Shown here piece by piece: positions 30,420 through 43,887 of a DNA stretch of 64,000 nucleotides. Origin of the DNA: Takakia lepidozioides (Eukaryota > Plantae > Bryophyta); assembly GCA_030704615.1 (NCBI GenBank), contig CM060731.1, positions 12,648,001-12,712,000 on the forward strand, in the 5' to 3' direction. The notes beneath the pieces are model-generated. The model had not been told where the DNA came from. It saw only the letters and a list, made by a program, of their open reading frames with translations, and searched no databases. Made by a program: the position numbers and the translations under genes. Numbering within the stretch: position 1 is the stretch's first letter; the number at the start of each line of letters is the position of its first letter.

Positions 30420-31270
30420 AAAGTACAACATATTAACGTCGAATAAACTTGGAAAGGAGCATGTTCTTTTGACATGAAATTGTCGATAGGATTGTCAAAT
30501 GAATAGGCTTTTTGGTCCTATGTACTGACCCAATTTATCCCTTATGCAATCTTAGGACCGATGAATCCCTGGAACACTGTCTCTGATTCTGCCATTTGTC
30601 TGACCAAATGTGGAAAATTGTCCTTCGATTGCCAATTGGAAGATACTTTGTTGCCCGAGGCATTGGGCTTCCTCTTCTTAATATGCAGGGTCACTCTTCT
30701 TGGACCTCTTCCCATGTTTAGGTCTCCTTGGTGCCTTGTCTCTTTGGCACATTTGAATTTTATTTTTATTTGTATTTTTAATTTGGAGGGCTCCCTCGCC
30801 CTTGATCAGTATAGTACTACATAATATACACACTGAACTATTGACTAAGGGAAAGAAGGCTTGGTTGGTGTTGGGTAAAGCAATTCAGACGAAGATTGCA
30901 ATTTCTTATGTGTCCTCTGCTTCCGACTCGAGAGTTTGCTGAAAAGACGACTCAACTCTCCGAGAAACGGAAGTCCTTTTGCAGATGGTGAGGACTGGGA
31001 TGTGAAGTGGAGGCCTCGCAAAGACCTGTAACAAACTTAGGTTGATCTTTGGTTCCTCTAAATACTAAGTCTCATGTCTCTCTTTTTGACCTTTCTAGCT
31101 TTTTCTTTAAGTCTTTTTTTTTTCTTTTTTTTTTCTTTGATGTATAATTACGGGGTGATATCCCCTTACTATGTACGCGACTTTCTCAGGTTGTTTATTT
31201 CTTGCCGCTTTGTAATTTGATTAACAGGACTTTTGTCCCCTTTTCTTAATAAAATAAAAAAGAACAAATC
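30420..31270 (+). mobile_element. Degenerate L1-type LINE 3' end (zf-RVT region plus A-rich tail)
   Basis: PLCNLRTDESLEHCL*FCHLSDQMWKIV at ~30539-30622; AATAAAATAAAAAAG near 31248-31262. Confidence 0.6.
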
Positions 31271-32192
31271 TAGAAAAAAAATTAGAGAACCCATATTGCA
31301 CACTAGCACATCCTTGAGAATTTCATTTAACCAAAGTTTCAATACATTTCACACATCTCAACACATAATGAAATCAGTGATTCTAACACATCACAAAAAC
31401 TGAACAAATGATATTTGTTGGATAGGCATCTATGATCCTGCATGTGGACAAGTGACGTAATAGTAGATTTGGCCATTTCACACATCATGAAAATTGAATC
31501 AATGATAAGTTGCATCGTGTCAGCGTTTGTTTTTTGAAATTTGGAAAAAATAACAGGAGTGGCTACTGAGTTTTGCAGGAAATAGCCATATTTTCTGTTC
31601 ATCCACTGAAATTTCATCCTCCTCTGTACTTTCATCCATGTATATCATCCATATTAGGTGAATTCACCATATTTTATTTGGAGAAGTTTTGACGATTTCA
31701 TCCATGAGAAAACAGGGAATTTATGACATAATATTCCTTTTTTTTTTTGAGGTCGAAAAAGAGCGAAATTTCGCCAGAAATAAAAACACTGCATAGTGTA
31801 TTGAAACTTTTATCATATGAACTGCATATATTGCTACCACTATATGTGATAATCTTACCATCCAATCTACAATATGTATATGATTCAGAGACAGAAAGAA
31901 AGCAATACTTAGTTTATTACACTCATAGGAAGTCATATGAATGACCCAAAAAACTTTGAACACTGAAAAGAAAAACAGAATGTGGAGGTTTGCTATCAAT
32001 GTTGACCGTGCCTAGACGGTCAAGGAAAACGGGGAGGAGAAAGTAAGCTACATTCCTATTCACTACACTTCTGCAAATTGAACTACCATAAATAATATTT
32101 TACTATTTAAAAAACGATTTTAAAAACAATTGGGAGCTTCCTTACTCCTTACCTGCTTGCGCTGGGGAAGGCCCTGGTGGAGCGTCTTCCTG

Positions 32193-35100
32193 ATTTAAAC
32201 CCTTATTAGGTGCAGCACTGTCCTTGTCGTCTTTCTTTGCTTCTTCTTCTTCAACGTCGGGGATCGGGTTGTTTTTCAGCAAAAATGCGGCCAAGTATGA
32301 CGAAAATCTCTCACGAGGCTCAAGTCACTATCAATCCCAAGTTGAAATACTGTGCTTGAGCAGACTTCGTTTCAGTGATAATTTCTGGACAATTTTGTAA
32401 TTTACTATCCACTTTACTGGTCATTATAGAACATACTATCTACAAGCGAACTTGAACGTTCTCAAATCGTAATCAACCGATGAAAATCATAGTGATTCGG
32501 AGCGAGTGTCAAGCGTAAGAGACAAAGATAAAAGTTTCCTTAACGTCCAGTGAATTTAACGTCCAGAGAGAAAGAACAATAACTGCAACGATGAGAATTG
32601 AGCCAGCATGAATCATCTTCGTGCTGAGAGGGTTATTCAGACCCTGACTGGATACTAGAGTTTTGACATGCAATGCTGAACAAGACAAATCGACGCACGT
32701 TAAAAACTATTGGAAGATGAAACCTATATGTAGTTTATCACATGCTGGCACCCTGATGAAGAGGTTTGACTGCGAGCTCAGAAGTTGAAAGAGTAAATAT
32801 TTGCGTTGATCTTATTGGTCGAGTGTTAGAGGAAGATGTACCTTGCAGCCGCCAGCTGCGTTAGACCTTGCAACAGCAACGGCACAATATTTGTGTACTG
32901 CACACAAGTCCAATCCCCGTGCAATTTTTTACATTTTTTACATTTTAAAAGAGCTTGACTGGGACGCATCAGTATATATCTGAGAGCTAAATAAATTTGA
33001 TTTTGAAGTGGAGCACCCTTGTTACATTTCCAGAAAGTATACATCTATAAAGTTCAACTCCTGATGTTCAGTGTTCCAGAATTTATTGAAAGAGCTTCAG
33101 CCTACTCAGATCTAGGTATTCGTACAAACATGTCACACGTTGTGAGAGTGTTCCTGAGGACGACATCAAACAGGTATAACCTAGACCTCTCCTGCTAGAT
33201 ACATGTTTGAATTAGTGCTCATCCGATTCATCTTTTGCTGCAAAGAGTTTGACCCCAAAAATTAAGTGTGTGTGATAAGACATACCAGGAAATTTCTAAT
33301 GGGCTCGGCTTTGAGCTCTATTTTCTTTTGTAATTCTATAGCCAGCCTCTGGGCCTCTTCCCCCTGCACATATATAATTTATCCCCATAGCCAAATCATA
33401 TGACTTCAGAAGAAGTTGCCCTTCATAAGGTATTTACGTATTTACAGGTCTCCAAACAAAGATGTAGAACAGTTCATAAAAACAGAAGTGAAATTAATAG
33501 CAAAGACGGTTTAGGTTGATCTTTACACAGTAATTAATTTTCGCTAAGCCAAAAATCCATCCATGGATACAATTGGAAAAAAACTAGTGGACTCTCTAAA
33601 CTGCGTGCACTCTCTGGGGTGGAAGAGACAGGGCAAGTGCACACTAGTGAGACCCAAGTCTGCATAATTTTACTTGGTCTGTGACAACTGACAAAAATTT
33701 CCAGCTTACCTCCATAGGGTCATCAAACCATGTCTCGGTGAATGTGAGAGGAGGATCAGGGGGCCTCACCATAGGTTCCTCTGGAGGGGCATCCGGCGCT
33801 TATGGTGGCTCTGCATATACACAAGTTTCAGTCAATCGGGAGTTGAAGCACTGTTGACATTCCTGAGATGAAGTCATAGCATTTTTTAACCTCAATTAAA
33901 TTGCCAAGACTATTTTCCAGCTGATTGAAAGAGCTGATGCCATTGATAAAATTATTCATGGTGGAGAGCATCTTTCATCTTTGAGAGTAAACTTATTGAC
34001 CAAATGTGTGAAACTCTGTAAAGCTATCCTCACTGTCTGTTGAAGAACCCATAAATATGACTGATGTCGTTAGTCCTCAGTAAGTTTATGTCAACTGTCC
34101 ATGTGTAAGAGAGAGAAAATAGTACAGAGCACGCTACATTTTGAGAGCCTTAGCGAGATCACAAAGCATTGATTTTCAAGCTGCTGTGAGAATACTATTA
34201 CATTCTACTCTACCTAGTGCCTAGATTCTTCACGCTGAAAGAGAAAATGCGCGTGGGACATGTTGTTGTTTCCGCAAGCTAAGATTCTTGCTTGGTTCTG
34301 TCGGTTTCTCGGGCGGGGGCGGTTTTTCTTCCTTTACAGAAGTTTTGTTCTTGGGTCCCCTTGAGAGAGGCAGAGGGGAGAGAGAGAGAGAAATCCCGGC
34401 TTCTTTCCCCCGGACTGTGGTCCCAGTCTATGTAGCAGTTCTATTCTCTACAACCAAGCTATCGCGGTCCAATTATGACCAAATGCGACGCTTAAATGGT
34501 CTCTCTTCCTCTCACTCGGTCGCCTCGTGATGTCCAATTTTTCTCGCGCCCTTGATCTGTATCATGGTTCGTGATTCAACAATGTGCTGCACCGTCCATG
34601 ATCCAAAGACACGCTAGTCTTGCACTAGTTGTAGCTTCTGGGACAAAACAGGAAGTACTCGGACGTTGATTGCTAACAGTTCAAGTTGACTCTAACTTTA
34701 AATCTATGGAAACGAAACCCACTAGTGAAGATGAGCATATACACAGTATTGGATTGAGGACACGATAGTCAAAGCATTGCCGGAGACTCGGAGGAGCCGC
34801 GACTAAAAGGATTGGAATGCACCCACAAGGCTACATTTGGAAAAATAAAGGAAGTTGGAAAGAAAACAGGTTGTTTCTCCCTGGAGGTTTATGCAAGATG
34901 AAATGAAAAATGAAGCTCTAAACTTGTCCAAGCACAAGGCAGAAGCTGGAGCGATTAGAAAAAGGCAAGTGGGAACAATCAAGAGGATGCTTAAGACATC
35001 CAAGTTCTCTGTGCAGGTTATAAAATGGTGTGCAACGCCTGACCGCATGAGCTTCTCGAAAGAGTTCGAGCATGCAGAAAGACCAGGTTAGGTCATGCTA

Positions 35101-35261
35101 GAATTGTCCCAAGGATCAATCCATGGCAGAGTCCTCCACCCTGCCTGCACAGCTGGAAGAAGGTCACGGTAACCGCCACAATCACAACTGCATTATATAC
35201 TCGCATTCATGTTGTTAACAACTCACACGCTATATGTCTTAAACCCTAACCTAAGGTGATT
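32193..35261 (+). repeat. Segmental duplication, copy A (direct repeat of 39251-42677)
   Basis: Colinear, highly similar exons, introns and upstream DNA. Both copies end at the AAACCCTAAC(C)CTAA.GATT motif. Confidence 0.92.
32214..34362 (-). pseudogene. Dpy-30-motif pseudogene (duplicate of 39447-41844)
   Basis: ATG lost. TCA>TAA stop at 33800-33802. Last-exon acceptor and the RPSNPAE segment are deleted, and the 3' end is deleted. Confidence 0.85.
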
Positions 35262-35585
35262 GTAGAGAGATGGAGCAGATGAAATGCATGAATCTGAGTA
35301 GGAACCTCAGTCTGAGCGCCCTACTTATGGGTGAGTCTACAAACATGAAGAAGCTCAGGTGCCTGGAGCGGTAGCACTAGGACCATCGCTGCTTCCTTTC
35401 CCAAGGCAGATGCAGATTACTAGCAAACTAGAAGATCACCCATAACGTGATGGCTTCTCAAATCCGTGGGTACGCGACCTAATCAGGCCTGAAGTCCTAT
35501 CTATCTGTCTTGAGGGCAACTGCTACATGCCTCCATCCCTGTGCGAAGAAGTGGATTGCGGAGGAATCTGAGCAGAAGTCCAGGC

Positions 35586-37061
35586 ATGGCTGCCGTATGT
35601 ATCTCGTTTGCAGCTGTTGCAATTCGTGCAGAAATCGGAGTGAGGCAGCCTGCCAGCCGGTTGGCCTTCGCCGGAAGCAGCTCGCTTTGGGAAGCAGGCC
35701 ATGTCTTGAGTGGCTTGTCTGGTTCGTCTCGAGGGTCTGTTAAGAATGTCGCCATAGCCCCGCGAGCCTTGGATTTACAACAAGACGGTTTTGCTTCTAA
35801 CTCGTTTGACTCCCCTCCGAGCTCAGCACCTCTCGAAGTGCAGGGGACGACGGTTTATGTAGGCAATCTGCCATTCACTTGTGACGACCAACAGCTGGGC
35901 GAGGCCTTCCAGGACGTGGGCACTGTCGAACTTGTCGAAGTGCGTCATTTTCCCGGTTGTTGTTGTTACTTGTTATGATGAAATGTGTTGCTCTATGCTC
36001 TGCATGTGTGGTTCCTAGCAATGGTTTTGAGATTCTGAGTTATCACAGTTTCGTCTGCTTGGCAGGTCATCTATGATAGGGAAACAGCGAGAAGCCGTGG
36101 GTTTGGATTCGTGACAATGAGCACGGCCGACGATGCCATGGCGGCGGTTGAGAGATTGAACGGCTATGTAAGTCTTCTACTGCTTGCTAGCGTGCAGGTG
36201 TTATACGTTCGCCAGCATTGTGCAATCCTTGTGCCCAATAACGAGTTTTGAGTCGTTTGTGGGACGTAGGCGTTCCGTTGCTTGCTTGCGTACTAAATGC
36301 AGGAGTGTAAATTGCCACAAGATTTTTGGTCACTGGCGGTGCACATGGTGCTTGCTCAGCGCAGAAAAATTCTGTAGGTAGGACTGTTGGCTGCCTTCGA
36401 ATTTGTGTGCAGAGAGAGAGAGTCATTTTGTGTAATTCTGTGGCCTAGATGGAGGGTATCTGACGTTGTTTTTGCAGAGCTTGGGAGGAAGGAATTTGAA
36501 GGTGGAGTTCCCTCAATCCTCAAGGGGTTCCTTCGGAAGTGAAAGACCTCCACGCAGTGACTTTGACAGTGGAGGCAGCATGCCTTTCAGCAATGACAAT
36601 AAGCTTTTTGTTGGCAACCTGTCCTGGGGCGTGGACGATGTGAGCCTCGAGTCACTGTTCAGTGATTACGGCAAAGTTCTAGAATCCAAAGTGGTCTATG
36701 ATCGAGAGTCTGGAAGATCTCGGGGGTTTGGCTTTGTCACATTTGAGGATGCTGACTCAGTGAAGGAGGCAATTTATTCTCTAGATGGAGCAGTAAGTTC
36801 CATTCTACACTATTCCCTTAGTAGTTTTCATGGTATTCACTCATTCCGATTAGATTCATCCTACTTGTCCCTCCCCCACTGCTGCAATGTCTGGATGTAG
36901 TCAAAGTTTGCCAACATCTTTAAAGGTGTGTTTGGCAGTGCTGTGTGTCTAGGTTTTTCTTTCTTACTTGTGGATTTTGGTGGCAACAGGAATTTGACGG
37001 AAGACAACTCAGAGTTAACATGGCTAGTGACAAGCCTCCACCCAGGATGCAAGCTTACTGA
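35586..37061 (+). CDS. Chloroplast ribonucleoprotein (cpRNP, CP29/CP31-like, two RRMs); exons 35586-35939, 36066-36167, 36478-36792, 36990-37061
   Basis: Ser/Ala-rich transit peptide, then [18 protein letters not shown] and [29 protein letters not shown]. Confidence 0.92.
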
Positions 37062-37339
37062 GTTGCATCCCGTCAGTTACTAAACAAGTTACAATATCAC
37101 TTCCTCAAATTTATCGCTTTTTGACGAGCGTCCGCCGCTTCAAAAGCATTGAACCAGAGGTAATGACAGCGGCAATTGCACCTCAGCATAGCAATGGAAT
37201 TTGCAAAGAGAAGTGCACATTTCGCACGTGCGGCACTCAGCTAGTGAAAACTACTTAGAGGGACATATGCACAGAGCTGTGTGTGAACTATTTGCACTTT
37301 TCATTGTATTTTATGTGTACAATAGCATGTCAACATGCC

Positions 37340-37730
37340 TGCAACATCTCCTGGGGCATGGATGATGTGAGCTTTGAGGTGGGGTTTCAGCTTTGTCATG
37401 CCAACTTGCAATTCTTTCTCTAAACAAAGTCTGAGCTACTCATGGTGTCTATCACTTAATTCGAGTTGTGTTGACTCCCCCCATATAGCTGCTGGAGTGT
37501 ACTCCAAGTGTGATGTTAGAGAGTATTTTGAAAGTTGGAATCTTCAGATAGAGAGCTTAGCAGTGCTGGATATGTGTAGGTTTACTCTACTTACAACTGG
37601 ATGTTGGTGCAACAGGGATTTGACTGAAGACACCTTGATTCAGTATAGCTACATGGACTCAATGTTAACATGGATAGCAACAAGCCTGCACCCAGGATGG
37701 GTGTGATTATTCAGTAGTGTTCCGCCAGTT
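37340..37730 (+). pseudogene. Decayed partial duplicate of cpRNP exons 3-4
   Basis: CAACATCTCCTGGGGCATGGATGATGTGAGC and GTTAACATGGATAGCAACAAGCCTGCACCCAGGATG mirror 36616-36646 and 37014-37049. Confidence 0.7.
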
Positions 37731-38164
37731 ATCTAAATTTCTGTATCTAAGTTCCTCGAAGTGAATGATTTGAGCAGTGACTGTTTCTTTGAACTGGAGG
37801 CAACATCGGCAGTGAGTGGGCTTTGTGAACAAGCACAGAAAAATGTGTAACTTTTTCCAATAGGTTTCTTCTCCAGGCTTAACTGAACTGGCATGTGTGT
37901 TGATAGAAGAATCCCAACTATGTTGTCTGGAATGAAATTGTCTTTCTGGGATGCGCTTGGTTTGGCACGTGGATTCAAGGTTTTTATTCCTCCTGTTGAG
38001 CTTAATCCTTACCTGGTGTCAGCTGCACTCAATGGTAATGTTATTAGTCTTCAAAGTATTATTGAGTATTGAACCAGCATCAGTTACATGTATGGCAGGC
38101 ATATCTGCATCTAAAATTTTGTATGGCATGATTAGGGAGCACAGTAAAATTTTAGATGCAGATC

Positions 38165-38303
38165 TGGGAGCGACATGGACACAAGTCTAGTATTTGACAA
38201 AATGCCTGAACGAGATATTTTTACGTGGAACAGAAGATGGCTGGATATACCAAGCATGGGTATGGCAGGGAAGCTTTGAAGGTCTACGAGCCAATGATAT
38301 GGG
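38165..38303 (+). pseudogene. Fragment of the downstream PPR gene (about one S/P motif)
   Basis: Nearly identical to 44364-44503 (GTCTAGTATTTGACAAAATG..GAACGAGATATTTTTACGTGGAAC..ATGATATGGG), with a small indel. Confidence 0.85.
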
Positions 38304-39250
38304 TAGTTCTACTCAAAGAAGAGCAAAACACGACATGAGCAAACCAATGTTACTTCACTCTGTTCGCAATTCAAGGTCTCTCACGATTGACATGAGCAAT
38401 GTGTTTAAGTTTCTTGACTTTTCCTCTCTCTTTCTCTATCCCAAACCCAGTTTGCTTTCTCCTAGTGTATATTGCTCTACTTCAATGATCCATGAGCCTT
38501 CACCAGGAACATAATGTGTTTCTTCCGTTTTCTTATTCTCTTACATGCATGCAGGCTCGACAATGGACACACAAATTAAAGGAGTGTGAAAGTTTCATCG
38601 ATTGTGGATAAGCTTTAATTAGTTTTGAAAATCACCACACTCAGCTTAAAAACATTACCATGACCTTTTAGCACCCGTTTGATCTAGGGAGTTGCAAGTT
38701 ACAGATGTATGGACATATGGACCTGCTGGAGCCTAACTTTTGGATGGAGAAAGTCTTACAACTCTGAGTATTTGATTTGATTTTTGCTACACACTCTTTG
38801 CCATGAATGCAATACAATACATCATTGACATTCTACAATGCCATTAGCTGAGTGTCTCTACCGAATAAACCACTCACTCAATTATGAAGCTTTGAGATGG
38901 AACGTGCTACACTGAGCTTGTTGATAATAAGACATTGTCAAGTCTGTGGGGCAATCTGTTGGTGGCTGTAATTTTGAGATACTCAGACCAAGTGAAGGGT
39001 TTGTAATTGTTTTCTTCTCCTCTCATATATATATGAAAGCTAGCGTAAATAAGAGCCTCTTCCCCTTGCCGGTACTTCTCCTCTCACTATAATTAAGGGG
39101 CCTGATTTGTGATCGGTTGCGCCCGGGTATTTCCCTTTTTAGAAAAATTAAAAATCTTCTTTGACCTCTTTTGCTTATTTTAATTGCTAAGGGAGGAAGC
39201 CCTTTTGAAACTTTATTAAAATTACTAAAACATATTATTGAAGAGAAAAA

Positions 39251-42200
39251 ATTTAAAACCCTTATTAGGTGCCCGAAGGCTGCCATGACGTGGCCTGTAC
39301 CCACGAGGAGTTCGTGAGGAGTTCTTTTTGTTGTCAACATGGAAGTGAGGTGATAGTGGTAAGAACATTGTGAGCACCACCGTTTTACGTGGACGTAAGC
39401 CCGGGGGCTATGGATGCCGTTCTGGCTTGTGTGTGAGCAGCTGCTTTCACGCTGCCCTCTTTCCATCGCCAGTCTTCACACTTGCACCACTCCTTTGTGA
39501 TTTTGCATCTGCAGCAGCTGCTGACCCATTTTGAGTGGGCTTTCCTGCACCTGCGCTAGCACTGTCCTTGTCGTCTTTCTTTGCTTCTTCTTCTTCAACG
39601 TCGGGGATCGGGTTGTTTTTCAGCAAAAATGCGGCCAAGTATTCAGCTGGGTTGCTAGGCCTGCCAACAGTATAGCCATAACGAGAACTGACGAAATATT
39701 CTCACCATGCTCAAACTATCTGCGTTACTGTAGTTGAGCAGACTTCGTTTCAGTGATAATTTCTGGACAATTTTGTAATTTACTATCCACTTTACTGGTC
39801 ATTATAAAACATACTATCTACAAGCGAACTTGAACGTTCTCAAATCATAATCAACCGATGAAAATCTGTAGTGATTCCTAAAGCGTAAGAGAAAGAACAA
39901 TAACTGCCACGACGAGAAATAAGCCATCATTAATCATCTTCATGCTGAGAGGTTATTCAGACCCTCACTGGATATGTCTAGAGAGTTGACATGCGATGCT
40001 GAACAAGACAAATCGACGCAAGTTAAGGACTAAGTTATTGGAAGTTGAACCTGTTGATTATGTAATTTATCACATGCTGGCACCCTGATGAAGAGGTTTC
40101 AAGCTGCGAGCTCAGAAGTTGAAAGAGTATCTATTTGCGCTGATCTTATTGGTCGAGTGTGAGAGGAAGGTGTACCTTGCAGCCGCCAGCTGCGTTAGAC
40201 CCTGCAGCAGCAACGGCACAATATTTGTGTACTGCACACAAGTCCAATCCCCGTGCAAATTTACATTTTTGTCTATTCTCCCATGGTAAAGAGCTTGATT
40301 GGGAGGCTTTAGTACTTATATATCTGAGAGCTAAACAAATTTGATTTTGAAGTGGAGCACCCTTGTTACATTTCCGAAAGTATACATCTCCAAAGTTCCA
40401 CTCCTAATGTAAAAAATGATTTGGATTTCAGATTTGGAGATTTCAGAGCTTCAGCCTACTCAGATCTAGGTATTTGTCCAAACATAGAGGGAGATGTCAC
40501 ACGTTGTGAGAGTGTTCCTGGAAGAGGACGACTATCAAACAGGTACATATCCTAGACCTCGTCTGCTAGATACATGTTTGAATTATTGCTCATCCAATTC
40601 AAGCATCACGTTCTTTTGCTGCAAAGAGGTTGACCCCCAAAAAATCAGTGTGTGTGATAAGACATACCAGGAAATTTCTAATGGGCTCTGCTTTGAGCTC
40701 TATTTTCTTTTGTAATTCTACAGCCAGCCTCTGGGCCTCTTCCCCCTGCACATATATAATTTATCCCCATAGCCAAATCATATGACTTCAGAAAAAGTTG
40801 CACTTCATAAGGTATTACAGGTCTCCAAGCAAGCTAGATAAAATGATCCTGCAACTGGTTCACGGCATCTTGCATATATTAATTCAATCTCAGCATGGAG
40901 AACAATCGATAAAAACAGAAGTGAAATTAATAGCACAGACGGTTTAGGTTGATCTTTACACAGTATCAACACATAATTAATTTTCGCTAAGCCAAAAATC
41001 CATCCATGGATACAATCGGAAAAAGACCAGTGGAGTCTTTAAACTGCACTCTCTGGGTCTAAAAGACAAAGAGGCTAGGCAAGTGCACACTAGTGAGACA
41101 CAAGTCTGCATCATTTTACTTGGTTTGTGACAACTAGACAAATTTTCCAGCTTACCTCAATAGGGTCATCAAACCATGTCTCGGTGAATGTGAGAGGAGG
41201 ATCAGGGGGCATCACAATGGGTTCCTCTGGAGGGGCATCCGGCGCTGATGGTGGCTCTGCATGTATACAAGTTTCAGTCAATCGGGAGTTGAAGCACTGT
41301 TGACATTCCTGAGATGAATTTATAGCATTTTTGAACCTCAATTAAATTGCGGTACTCAAAGATGAAAGATGCTCTCAAACCATAAACAATTTCATGAATG
41401 ACATCAGCTCTTTCAATCAGCTGGATACGACATGCTCTCGTTTCTAAGTTCTAATTGAAAAGAAAACTTACTGACTAAATAACTAGCGTATCCTTTAATG
41501 TCAGTTGAAGAACCCATACATATTAGTCCTGAGTAAGTTTATGTCAACTGTCCATGTGTAAGAGAGAAAATACCACAGAGCACGCTACATTTTGAGAGCC
41601 TTAGCTTTACACGAGATCACAAAGCATTGATTTTCAAGCTGCTGTGAGAATAGTATTACATTCTGCTCTACCTAGTGCCTAGATTCTTCACGCTGAAAGA
41701 GAAAACACTCAAGGATGCAACCAACAGTGAATGCGCGTGCACATGTTGTTGTTTCCGCAAGCTAAGATTCTTGCCTGGTTCTGTCGGTTTCTCGTGCGGG
41801 GGCGGTTTTTCTTCCTTTACAGAAATTTTTTTCTTGGGTGCCATAGAGAGAGGAAGAAACAAAGGAGAGAGACACCACGGTCCAGGCAGAGGGGAGAGAG
41901 AGAGAGAGAGAAATTCCCGGCTTCTTTCCCCCGGACTGTGGTCCCAGTCTATGTAGCAGTTCTATTCTCTACAACCAAGCTATCGCGGTCAAATTATGAC
42001 CAAATGCGACGCTTAAATGGTCTCTCTTCCTGTCACTCGGTCGCCTCGTGATGTCCAATTTTTCTTACTCGCGCCCTTGATCTGTATCATGGTTCGTGAT
42101 TCAACAATGTGCTGCACCGTCCATGATCGACTGGTCTGATAAGGACCGCGACACGCTAGGGTTGGCACTAGTTGTAGGCATATACACAGTATGGGAAGAC

Positions 42201-42677
42201 TCGGAGGAGCTGCGACTGAAAGGATTGGAATGCACCCACAAGGCTACATTTGGAAAAATAAAGGAAGTTGGAGAAAAAACAGGTTGTCTCTCCCTGGAGA
42301 TTTATGCAAGATGCTCTAAACTTGTCCAAGCACAAGGCAGAAGCTGGAGCGATTAGAAAAAGGCAAGTGGGAACAATCTAGTGCATACTTAAGACATCCA
42401 AGTTTTCTGTGCAGGTTAAAAAATGGTGTGCAACGTCTGACCGCGTGAGCTTCTCGAAAGAGTTCGAGCATGCAGAAAGACCAGGTTAGGTCATGTTAGA
42501 ATTGTCCCAAGGATCAATCCATGGCAGAGTCCTCCACCCTGCCTGCACAGCTCTTGAAAATGTGGATGGGAAGAAGGTCATGGTAACCGCCACAATCACA
42601 ACTGTAATATATACTCGGTATTCATATTGTTAACAACTCACACGTTATATGCCTTAAACCCTAACCCTAAGATGATT
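39251..42677 (+). repeat. Segmental duplication, copy B
   Basis: See copy A (32193-35261). Confidence 0.92.
39447..41844 (-). CDS. Dpy-30-motif protein, intact paralogue; exons 41844-41775, 41256-41156, 40745-40668, 40231-40176, 39660-39447
   Basis: Splices in frame to MAPKKK..PLTFTETWFDDPIE|GEEAQRLAVELQKKIELKAEPIRNFL|YTNIVPLLLQGLTQLAAAR|PSNPAEYLAAFLLKNNP.., a canonical Dpy-30 motif. First intron is GC-AG. Confidence 0.87.
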
Positions 42678-43887
42678 GGGGTTTGGTGCTGTAGAAATGT
42701 ATGGATCTTAGTTTGTTTGCAAAATTGGAGAAGAGGAGGCATGATTCCTGCAGAAATGGAGCATCGAGCAGGGCTGAATTTTTCTGGTATGTTTGGAGAG
42801 TTGGAGAAAGCGGGGTCATGGCAGCGCATACAATAAGCATGGCATCCGTCGCCTCCTCGACACAGTCTCGAGGCATCTCGGGGTGCCCACGCTGGTTGCA
42901 AGACTGGCGGTGTGCTTGGAGACTTTTTGAGTGCTTCAAGAAGGTCTGGGTGCTGTCTGTAGTGGAATCATGGGCATTTTCCGAACCGCATTGGCTTCTG
43001 GTTTGCTTCAAACAGTTCCAAGCCAATTGTGAGGCAGTGGAGACTGGTAGAGGAGGACGGAGTATATGAACAGGTGGATGAGCAAGGAGGCCACAAACAC
43101 AAATATCCTACAAGCCGAATTCGGATGTGGAGAAGCTTTGGAACGAATGTCTTGCAGTCCCCAGTCAACGGAGTGACATCAGAGGCAATAAGGTGAGGGA
43201 ATGCCACAGCAGAAGCCCACAACAAGATGCCATGAAGAAATTTCTCTCAAATTAAATATTTTTGCTCCTCAAGCACTGTGACTGCACACTAATACTACGT
43301 CACGTTGCCGGAAGGTAGTGGAGCAGTAGTAGATCAATGTCATGCTTTCTAGTGTGAGGGAACCAGGGAGGCCTCGTATCCAGTGGGGATCACCCAGTGC
43401 TTGCACACAATCGCTCTCTGACTCACCCTATGGAAATTCCAGACTGCCTCAAATACCCTCGCGATCAGAAACCTCAGGGCGAGTAAGCTGTTGAGGTTGC
43501 AATCGTCAGTGACTACATCTCTCCCTGTTTGCAATTCAGTGAAATGAAAACTGGCAGTGCAACCACCGCACATGTGTAACCTGCTACCTTAGCAGTTCTG
43601 GTACAAGTGCAATACCAAATATTCAATGAACAGTCAATCCTCTCTGATTGGATTGTATTTTTGGCCCACTCCCTACCATGGTGGATTGTAAAGCACATGA
43701 CTGACCTTGGCAGCTTTAATGTCCAGTGGAATTACTCGTGCAAGGGTATGCTGTAGCCAACGCTTGCAAGGATTTGTTCTTTTTCTCCCTCGCACCCTCA
43801 TGACCTATTTTTAATTAGTCTTGCAACCAATTTAGCATAGAAGCAAGTGTTCTCTAATTAAACTAGGGTTGTCATTCTTAGCTACAC

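Noticed and set aside
32002-32024. TTGACCGT-GCCTAG-ACGGTCAA hairpin as a Helitron 3' end
   Set aside because: No correctly placed CTRR terminus and no linked Helitron sequence.
42655-42672. Interstitial telomere
   Set aside because: Only about two AAACCCT-like units; at most a telo-box.
42819-43195. Separate gene upstream of the PPR
   Set aside because: No recognisable homology. It may be a 5' targeting-peptide exon of the PPR gene, but this cannot be supported without transcripts.
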